From positions 11,552 through 75,551 of IMG/VR virus record IMGVR_UViG_3300001525_000506: a DNA stretch of 64,000 nucleotides; one strand, written 5' to 3'. Under the pieces are notes generated by a model, which was not told the origin of the DNA, searched no databases, and saw only the letters and a list, made by a program, of their open reading frames with translations. The stretch comes from a virus (lineage: Duplodnaviria > Caudoviricetes). This document shows, in pieces, positions 37,076-43,869 of this stretch. Numbering within the stretch: the first letter of the stretch is position 1; every line of letters begins with the position of its first letter. Position numbers and translations under genes: made by a program.

Positions 37076-37098
37076 AAAAACCGTCAGAAATGACGGTT
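37076..37098 (-). terminator. Terminator of ncRNA operon
   Basis: aaccgtca-tttc-tgacggtt followed by T-tract. Confidence 0.7.
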
Positions 37099-37239
37099 AA
37101 TCTCGGTTACTATGATATAGAGGAGTTAGTTGCGCCTTTATGCTCGCCTACGGTTGCGACCCTTATCTCTCCTATGCAACATTACGGAGTGATTAGTTCC
37201 ATATAGGACTAATCAAATATAAACGGGCACAAAGGCTTG

Positions 37240-37320
37240 TGGTGGAGCTGACGAGAATCGAACTCGTTTCTTACGCAGTGCGCTTTGGCTTTATGCGCAA
37301 TCGAAACCATTCTCAACCCC
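37240..37320 (-). ncRNA. Mini-tmRNA: tRNA-like domain only (81 nt)
   Basis: GGGGTTG/CAGCTCC acceptor with G3:U70, 13-nt stemless D region AGAATGGTTTCGA, 7-bp helix, GAA, T-arm ACGAG-TTCGATT-CTCGT, encoded ACCA. Confidence 0.88.
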
Positions 37321-37327
37321 ATATTCC

Positions 37328-37397
37328 GCGCGACTTTTTACATCCACACGGAACTCAAATAGGGAGGAATAAAACGTTCCGTATCGCGCTTGTGGAT
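37328..37397 (-). ncRNA. Compact RNA pseudoknot with nested hairpin
   Basis: ATCCACA/TGTGGAT crosses GCGCGAT/GTCGCGC; nested ACGGAAC/GTTCCGT. Confidence 0.55.
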
Positions 37398-37406
37398 ATT
37401 GTGGGG

Positions 37407-37490
37407 TTGTAGACGACGTCGGATTTGCACCCAACAATTCAGGTTATTAGAGGAGAACGTTACCTGCGTGTTTCGTTACACTAATCGTCC
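37407..37490 (-). ncRNA. Atypical tRNA-like RNA with 17-nt anticodon-position loop
   Basis: Acceptor GGACGAT/GTCGTCT, D stem GTGT/ACAC, stem CAGGT/ACCTG, T-loop TGCAAAT with bulged T stem; no encoded CCA. Confidence 0.65.
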
Positions 37491-37507
37491 ACGTCGTTTG
37501 TGCCATT

Positions 37508-37545
37508 ATAATATCACTTCATATATGGCTGTGTCAAGAGGGGTT
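37508..37545 (-). promoter_or_regulatory. Promoter of ncRNA operon
   Basis: AACCCCTC-TTGACA-18-TATTAT with extended TG. Confidence 0.7.
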
Positions 37546-37979
37546 ATCAATATATTTTTGCAATTTCTTTTTATAACGCCACCTGTCTTGCTTTATCGTT
37601 TGCGCGTCAACAAAATATCGTTTCGCAATATCTTCGTCTTGTTCCGTTCCGCGTATGATATCCCACACGTATTCGATACGGTTATGGCGCACTTTGCTTT
37701 CAAGACAAATCGATATGAATTCGTCCTTGGTGCAAGAATAAATCGATATCTTCGGCGTTTGAGCCTCTTTTAGCGCGTTTCTGACATCGACATAGTCTTG
37801 AATCTTGTACAAAATAAAGCACAAAATCAATTCTACGACCACACCCGATAATATGCTGTTATATGCTTGTCGAATAAGAACGCGAACGCAAATATCATCA
37901 AGAATATAAAGGCATATAATCCGTACTTGTACGCTAAGAATTTTATGCGCAATCTTTTAGGTAATAAATTATTTTGCAT
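37534..37979 (-). pseudogene. Split membrane-anchored HTH regulator (N part 37833-37979; C part 37534-~37860 in another frame)
   Basis: TM N-part MQNNLL..FAFLFDK stops; other frame continues SILSGVVVELILCFILYKIQDY..QDEDIAKRYFVDAQTIKQDRWRYKKKL (HTH). Confidence 0.5.
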
Positions 37980-38121
37980 CTTTCTTAGACTCTTTTTCCT
38001 TGATAATCGCGATAGTCTTTTCGATAGCAGCGATATCGTCGGGATTTTTAAGTGTCTTCTTGAAATCTTCAAGTTGTGCTACAGTTTTGGACATAAACAA
38101 TGAACCCAAGAACCAACCCAT
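37969..38121 (-). CDS. 50-aa peptide (not in ORF track)
   Basis: MGWFLGSLFMSKTVAQLEDFKKTLKNPDDIAAIEKTIAIIKEKESKKDAK; TAATG coupling. Confidence 0.55.
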   Translation of the reverse strand: MGWFLGSLFMSKTVAQLEDFKKTLKNPDDIAAIEKTIAIIKEKESKKDAK

Positions 38122-38690
38122 TATTCAACAGCCTCCTTTTTAGTTTTTCTTAAACACACGTACATATAGTACAGCGCTATCATAATATAATAATCTATTG
38201 CGAAAACGACTGTAAATATGACATTGTTCGCAAATATAGCCAATTCTTTTCCTCTTATATACAATGACGCAATTTGGAATAAAACGTTCAAAGCCAATCC
38301 CAAGAATCCCGTCCACCACTTCTTGCTCAAAACTGCGGGCAATACGATAAACATAACGCATTCGAGCGCAAAACCGATTTTGGGGAAGAAAAATTTTATG
38401 AACCAAACGGGTATATTTACGCTTTCGATTACAAGTAGTTGTTTCCAACTCGGTTTCGGCGTAAGTCCCGATGACAAGATAATGAACGTGTTCGAAACTA
38501 CTGATAATGCACCACCGACGATATAGGTTACATATATGCCGTCGGATGATAGCCAATTACAAACGTCTATAAAACGTTGGTTCGAGATTGCGACTTCAAA
38601 AACTTTGCTACCGCATAACTTGAATATCATACATATTGCCAGCAAGCACCAGCATATTATGATACAAGTCTTTATCGCTTTCTTATTCAT
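38121..38690 (-). CDS. Polytopic membrane protein (~5-6 TM)
   Basis: Continuous hydrophobic helices; RBS aaggggaaaaatt. Confidence 0.7.
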   Translation of the reverse strand: MNKKAIKTCIIICWCLLAICMIFKLCGSKVFEVAISNQRFIDVCNWLSSDGIYVTYIVGGALSVVSNTFIILSSGLTPKPSWKQLLVIESVNIPVWFIKFFFPKIGFALECVMFIVLPAVLSKKWWTGFLGLALNVLFQIASLYIRGKELAIFANNVIFTVVFAIDYYIMIALYYMYVCLRKTKKEAVE

Positions 38691-38767
38691 AATTTTTCCC
38701 TTTTGCGTATAAAAATCCCCTAATGAAAAGCATTCAACTTTATCATTAGGGGTTTAGGTTTGGTCTA

Positions 38768-39388
38768 TTATTTAGTTTGTTCTGCTTTCCAGGCTTGGAA
38801 GTTGCCTTTATATCCGTTTGCAATCGCAACTCTAAATGCTTGCTCTTCTTTCGCCTTTTCGACTTCTGCCGCCTTCTCAGCTTCTGCTTTTTGTTTCTCG
38901 GCAACATAATCGTCAAGAGAAACATCTACGGAGACGGAACCATCAAGCATACCTGCGCGCCATTCGGATTCATATTTAGTCCTTGCGGCTTCTGCTTGAG
39001 CTTTTTCTTGTTCCAACTTTTCTTCCTCAGCTTGTTTCGCAGCCTCTTCCTCAGCCTCGAAATCTTGCTCCGCTTTCAAAATCGCGTCATAAGCCTTATC
39101 GAAACCGACTTTTTCAGCAATCTTTCTGCCTTCATATTGTTTTACATTCTCGAAGCCAGCGCCTTTTACGCCGAAAATGTTCGCGATAAACAACACGATA
39201 CAGATAATAACGCCGATGCAAATATTTGCCCACAACGGGAGCTCTACGTGACCGACGAGCAAACCGCAAGTGGTTGCGCCGCCTGTTGCTACAGAAGCAA
39301 TAAGACCAGAAACCATACCAACGATGGTCTTCGGGTTTCTCTTCAAAAAGTTCAAGAATTTGTTTTCCTTGATTTTTTCCTTACACAT
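38768..39388 (-). CDS. 2-TM plus coiled-coil protein (holin-like)
   Basis: RBS gaggt then MCKEK; two TM helices, EAEKAA-rich tail; frame stays open upstream to ~39690 without a canonical start. Confidence 0.6.
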   Translation of the reverse strand: MCKEKIKENKFLNFLKRNPKTIVGMVSGLIASVATGGATTCGLLVGHVELPLWANICIGVIICIVLFIANIFGVKGAGFENVKQYEGRKIAEKVGFDKAYDAILKAEQDFEAEEEAAKQAEEEKLEQEKAQAEAARTKYESEWRAGMLDGSVSVDVSLDDYVAEKQKAEAEKAAEVEKAKEEQAFRVAIANGYKGNFQAWKAEQTK

Positions 39389-39689
39389 ATCTATAAACCT
39401 CAATATTTTATTTATTTTATCGTTACCTTCTTTATAGGTAAGCTTTTTTACTGCAGGTTTCAGTACAACTGTAATACCTTTCGCAAGTCCCTTTGCTGTG
39501 ACTTTTACGGTTTGTGTTAGTACAACTACTAATAAAAACGATAAGGTTTTGGCGATAACGGTTGTTATTGTGTATGCTATTGCCTCTTCTATAAATTCTT
39601 CTATAATTTCGTATGTAAGAAGTAATCCGAACCCCTTACAAAACGTCTTTATCCAAGAACCAAATTTCCCCTTGTTTTCGTGAACCTTA

Positions 39690-40007
39690 TTACAAGACGA
39701 GCGACACCATTTCGGGCACAGCGTCGGATGCGACTTCAACAACGTTTTGCTCATCTTGCGCCTCCGATGCCTCAACAACGGGCTCTTCAACCACATCGAC
39801 AATACCCAATCTCGATTTCAAATCATCACGATAGGCAATTACTTGCGCAATATTTTCTTCGGTGTATTCCGCAACATTCGCTTGTGCTTGTTCGTAAGCA
39901 ATCTTTGCTTCTTCAAGTTTTTCAACGGCTTTATCTTTGCCGTCAATCCACTCGTTACACTCATCGAGTTTATCTCGCATAAGTTTTTCGATGTTGATAA
40001 GTTCCAT
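39690..40007 (-). CDS. Acidic coiled-coil protein
   Basis: RBS taggagatatatt. Confidence 0.6.
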   Translation of the reverse strand: MELINIEKLMRDKLDECNEWIDGKDKAVEKLEEAKIAYEQAQANVAEYTEENIAQVIAYRDDLKSRLGIVDVVEEPVVEASEAQDEQNVVEVASDAVPEMVSLVL

Positions 40008-40029
40008 AATATATCTCCTAATGATATTT

Positions 40030-40656
40030 TCAAATAATTTTTAGTCCACTCAATACGCCGAGTGTTATTGCCCCAGCCAGTATTAGACCGAATATAATCC
40101 ACACTGTGACCTTAATTCTCGGTCGTGTGCGTTCGTCCGCTTTCTCGTAGCGACAAATGATACCGTCAATCCCGTCTATCAACATTCTAACAAATCCGCA
40201 CGGTACTTTGATTACAAGTACGCCGATAAGATAGAACGGTGTCAAGAGCGGAACGACTATCATCTGCAACCACTTGGGCAAGTGAGAAACGATGTTGAAC
40301 GTGTCAAAAAGCGTCTTGTTGCTGTCGAACTCGGACTTTTGCAACTCGGTTTCGCTGTCTTTCAAGTCCTTTTTCGTCTTGGTGATTTTCGCTTGTTGCT
40401 CACCAATGAGTTCGTCTTGCTTGCCTTTCGCGAGGGCTTGAACGGTTGCTTCATCTTCCACCGCTTTCGCCGTCGCCATTGCGTTCACGACATCTTTCGC
40501 TTGCTCTTCGTAGGATTGGTCTGTATTGAGTTTGAATTTGACATCTTTCAGCGAAACATCGGCAATCGGCTTGTCCGTGGTATCAGCCACTTGCATAGCC
40601 TTTTCTTGCGCATTTTCGCTTTCGATTTTGTCAAAGTCAACCATATCAACCATCAT
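40030..40656 (-). CDS. Coiled-coil plus 2-TM membrane protein
   Basis: RBS gtaggtaga; C-terminal hydrophobic helices. Confidence 0.6.
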   Translation of the reverse strand: MMVDMVDFDKIESENAQEKAMQVADTTDKPIADVSLKDVKFKLNTDQSYEEQAKDVVNAMATAKAVEDEATVQALAKGKQDELIGEQQAKITKTKKDLKDSETELQKSEFDSNKTLFDTFNIVSHLPKWLQMIVVPLLTPFYLIGVLVIKVPCGFVRMLIDGIDGIICRYEKADERTRPRIKVTVWIIFGLILAGAITLGVLSGLKII

Positions 40657-40733
40657 TCTACCTACTCATCTCGCACTATAAACCTTTTATCCGCGAATGT
40701 CAATACTTTATGACAATTTTGTTGGAAAAATTT

Positions 40734-41099
40734 TTACAGCAACTTGATTGTAGCCTCTTTGCTCGCAATCGCCGCCTCGTAATCGTTGATTTGTTTGCGC
40801 CAACTCTTGCGTTGCTCTTTAATCGGCGCATAGTCAACTTCAAGCATTTCGCCCTCCGCAAACTTAATCGCTTGGTAGTCGGTTTTGTTGAGGTTGCGTT
40901 TCAAGTCCGAGATTGTGCGCACCAACTCATTGATTTCGTCACGAATTGCAGCGATATTCAAATTCCTGTTGCGTTGCGAAGTCGCCTCGTCCGCTTTCGC
41001 TTGGAAATATGCGCTGTCCTCTTCCGTCATAATGTGCGCATTGTCTGGGAGAATGTACTTTTGTTTGCTACCATCTTCTTTATCTACTACATATATCAT
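40734..41099 (-). CDS. Tail-fibre-associated chaperone-like protein
   Basis: LKRNLNKTDYQAIKFAEG..Y..IKEQRKSWRKQIN, typical of small genes after fibre genes. Confidence 0.6.
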   Translation of the reverse strand: MIYVVDKEDGSKQKYILPDNAHIMTEEDSAYFQAKADEATSQRNRNLNIAAIRDEINELVRTISDLKRNLNKTDYQAIKFAEGEMLEVDYAPIKEQRKSWRKQINDYEAAIASKEATIKLL

Positions 41100-41112
41100 A
41101 GATTATACCTCG

Positions 41113-42216
41113 TTAGCCAATCTGTGTTCTTATGTATTCTGCCATAAGAATAGCATTCGCTGCTTGAACTGTTATAGGGTCATACAAGACTGTGATTGTG
41201 ACCTGATTGGTATCTGAATTTTGTACGGTACTATAAGCATTATGACAAAAACAAATAGTTGGGTCGTTTGACATATCGCTCGAAACCAAAGAATAACCTG
41301 TATATGATGCCAACGGAGCACCATTTTTTTCATAGGCAATGAAATCACTTGAAGAAAAGTTTTTCCATTTACTCAAAAAACTATCAATATCGAAACTATC
41401 TTTTATTACATAAGTTCCGCAAGTCATTGCGCCCCTAATTGTCCCACTACGGACTTCTTGCCCAGTTATTTTACCGTTGAACTCGGCAACGAGATAACCA
41501 ATTGCTTTGGCATAGCTTCTTCCTGAATATATTAAATTCCAAGCACCAGCTCGCCCGTTCTGTGGCGTGGTTTTTTGAGAAGATAGCGCACTGTCTTGTA
41601 AATTGTTTAGATTTGTATACGAACCGACATCGGTAGTCGTCCCGCAAATAACAGTGAACAAATCGTTTAGCACGCGACAAACTATTGATGTAGCGTAACA
41701 TTGTGTTGCGGGTATTCCAACGACTGTATCCTCTTTTAGAAATGCGCTTTCGTTTATGCCAAAACAAAACTGCGGGACATTATTGTCGAACGCTACTTGC
41801 GCAAGACCAATTACTAATTTTGCGCCATAACTCGTATGTGAGCCAAGTGCTGCGTATGAAGTATATGCGCCAGTACAATCAAATACATATTCGACCCCTG
41901 AATCGTTCCACGGAATATCGCTCCAATATTTGTCGCTGGTAGGTGCAACTTGTGTAAACGCCACATAAATGCCGTTAATAACGAAACGTTTATGGTCGCT
42001 GTCATAAGACACTTCTTTATCCCACACTCCATAAACAGTGTCGTACTTTAACAAATAAGCCAATTGGTCAGGGTCGCTAACATCATTTACTGCTGCAACT
42101 GTTATCGTGTAGCCGCCAATAGAAGAAAAATCGTTAAATTTACTATCAAAAAGCATTCTCAACAATCGTCTGCCGAGAACACCAAGACCGTTTATACCAA
42201 CTTTCAATTCTGCCAA
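41113..42216 (-). CDS. GAPDH homologue lacking catalytic residues (pseudoenzyme)
   Basis: KVGINGLGVLGR, AVNDV, LLKYD, IPW, FDCTG, RAGAWNLI, AKAIG..FNGKITG, LVSSD; ASCTTNC replaced by PATQCYA and TIHAY by DVGSY; TTG start with aaggagg. Confidence 0.9.
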   Translation of the reverse strand: MAELKVGINGLGVLGRRLLRMLFDSKFNDFSSIGGYTITVAAVNDVSDPDQLAYLLKYDTVYGVWDKEVSYDSDHKRFVINGIYVAFTQVAPTSDKYWSDIPWNDSGVEYVFDCTGAYTSYAALGSHTSYGAKLVIGLAQVAFDNNVPQFCFGINESAFLKEDTVVGIPATQCYATSIVCRVLNDLFTVICGTTTDVGSYTNLNNLQDSALSSQKTTPQNGRAGAWNLIYSGRSYAKAIGYLVAEFNGKITGQEVRSGTIRGAMTCGTYVIKDSFDIDSFLSKWKNFSSSDFIAYEKNGAPLASYTGYSLVSSDMSNDPTICFCHNAYSTVQNSDTNQVTITVLYDPITVQAANAILMAEYIRTQIG

Positions 42217-42228
42217 AACTATTCCTCC

Positions 42229-43848
42229 TTAATATATATCATTGAAAAAACTCGTTGTCTGTGTACCACCACTAATCGTGCCCAAGTCAATAAGACCGCT
42301 GCTGTCAGCCGTATATGTCGTTCCATTCACCTTGACTTGCAAATTCACCCATTTCGGGGCTAACGAACCGCCTTGCGACATCGCAAATTGACTTGATGAA
42401 CCGCTGTTACCGCTGAATTGTAAAGACTTTGAAACGTTTATTCCACTACTGAATGTTTTGAAACCAGAAAAAGTTTGCGCCTCACCATCCGACATTGTTT
42501 GTTGCTTTACCCAAGGACTCCAACTGGCTGGAGGAACTACTGAATAACGGACATAAGTAGTGAACTCAACAGTGCTATAAGGTCCGATTTTATACAATGT
42601 CTGTTTAGCATAATTATTTTTACTCTTTTCAATTTCAAGTATAAACGGCATAGTATCCGTAATATCACTCGGTCTATGTGTACAAGTATTACCGCTTGCT
42701 GCACGATACCAGCCAACTTCCATAATTGAGTTCAAATTTTCGTTTGTGAGTTCAGTGTACCCGTGTTTCGAGTTGTCCGTCTCACTGGGAATTGTTGGCT
42801 TATCAGCCAGGTCGTTATAAGAACCCGAAGTCGCAACAGCTGCGAGGTCTGATTTTTCTGCATAATCGACATTTTCTGCTGATGTTACACGACCTTGTGA
42901 ATTCACATGAACGTTATTATATTTACCTTCAGTTACTCCTGTATTAGCTAAATTAACTGTAAGACCAGTCCCCTTACCGCTACTTCGTTGTGTGAGTGAA
43001 AACGAGCCAGGTGGAAAATAAATCATCTTATATTCAGACCCGTCGTAATCAAATTCTCTTCGTACTGAATTGTTTTCAGTTCCAGATACATTTAATACAT
43101 TTGCAACTTTACTTGCGGTCGGAGTTCCCAAATCCACCAATCCAGTATCGTCTGGCGATTTCGTTTCGTCTCCTATCTTAACCTGTGTTACAGTGCCCTT
43201 ATTTGTTGTGTATCCACTATCGTTCGTGAGTTCGGACACTTTGGTCGGCACGTCCGAGTACAGAGCCAAGTCATTGCTGTTGTACTTAGGTCTTGTTTCT
43301 TTACCACGCAAACGAGCATTATACGAGGAACTACCCATCGTCAGGTCGGTAGCGTTCATAAAGCCGAATATTGTGCTTGTGCCGCTGTCGGTTATTTGAC
43401 CGTTCTCACCGTTGTTAAGAGCAATTTTAGACGCATTTGCGCCGTCACCACCCGTTACTTTAAGTGGGCTCGTGAGAGTACCGCCCGCAAGTCCGTCAAT
43501 AGATGTTACCGCACTCGGGACGTCCGATGCCAATGCTAAATCTTTATACGTAGTGCCATCGGTTGTGTATTGAGGGCGTGCCAAACTACCACGCAACGTA
43601 ATTGGGAACGTGGTCTGTCCGAAAAACACTCGCTCGGCATTGAAATGATACATCGCATTGCCTTTCGAGTTTTCAAGCGTGTCCATTTTGGGAGTACCTG
43701 TAAATGTCCAAACACCCGAAATCGTTTCCGCATCTGCTTTCTTGGCATAAACCGAAAGGTCGGGTGGATTGGATAACACATTATATGGTATCCTTACCTC
43801 CTCTTTTTCGGTGGCACTTGTTTTTTTATATATCTTATATGTTGCCAT
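42229..43848 (-). CDS. Tail fibre protein
   Basis: TGVTEGKYNNVHVNSQGRVT, VATSGSYNDLADKPTIP, knob-like LNSIMEVGWY..PFILE..WSPW. Confidence 0.8.
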   Translation of the reverse strand: MATYKIYKKTSATEKEEVRIPYNVLSNPPDLSVYAKKADAETISGVWTFTGTPKMDTLENSKGNAMYHFNAERVFFGQTTFPITLRGSLARPQYTTDGTTYKDLALASDVPSAVTSIDGLAGGTLTSPLKVTGGDGANASKIALNNGENGQITDSGTSTIFGFMNATDLTMGSSSYNARLRGKETRPKYNSNDLALYSDVPTKVSELTNDSGYTTNKGTVTQVKIGDETKSPDDTGLVDLGTPTASKVANVLNVSGTENNSVRREFDYDGSEYKMIYFPPGSFSLTQRSSGKGTGLTVNLANTGVTEGKYNNVHVNSQGRVTSAENVDYAEKSDLAAVATSGSYNDLADKPTIPSETDNSKHGYTELTNENLNSIMEVGWYRAASGNTCTHRPSDITDTMPFILEIEKSKNNYAKQTLYKIGPYSTVEFTTYVRYSVVPPASWSPWVKQQTMSDGEAQTFSGFKTFSSGINVSKSLQFSGNSGSSSQFAMSQGGSLAPKWVNLQVKVNGTTYTADSSGLIDLGTISGGTQTTSFFNDIY

Positions 43849-43869
43849 TGCGTTTCCGACCTCGTACGA

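Noticed and set aside
37100-37235. Separated tag-coding piece of a two-piece tmRNA
   Set aside because: No resume-codon context or Ala-rich tag ORF was recognised; only hairpins and a weak 14-20-codon ORF.
37240-37320. attP fragment restoring host ssrA, or a normal tRNA-Gly/Ala
   Set aside because: It has both 5' and 3' TLD halves within a promoter-terminator unit and no integrase is in the window. It lacks a D stem and a 7-nt anticodon loop.
37328-37397. Theta/HDV-like ribozyme
   Set aside because: Strand order fits, but the 3-bp P3, 7-nt L3, P1.1 GG and catalytic J4/2 cytosine are absent, and it starts ~10 nt after the tRNA-like 3' end.
41113-42216. Functional GAPDH auxiliary metabolic gene
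   Set aside because: Catalytic Cys and His and the phosphate-site residues are substituted.
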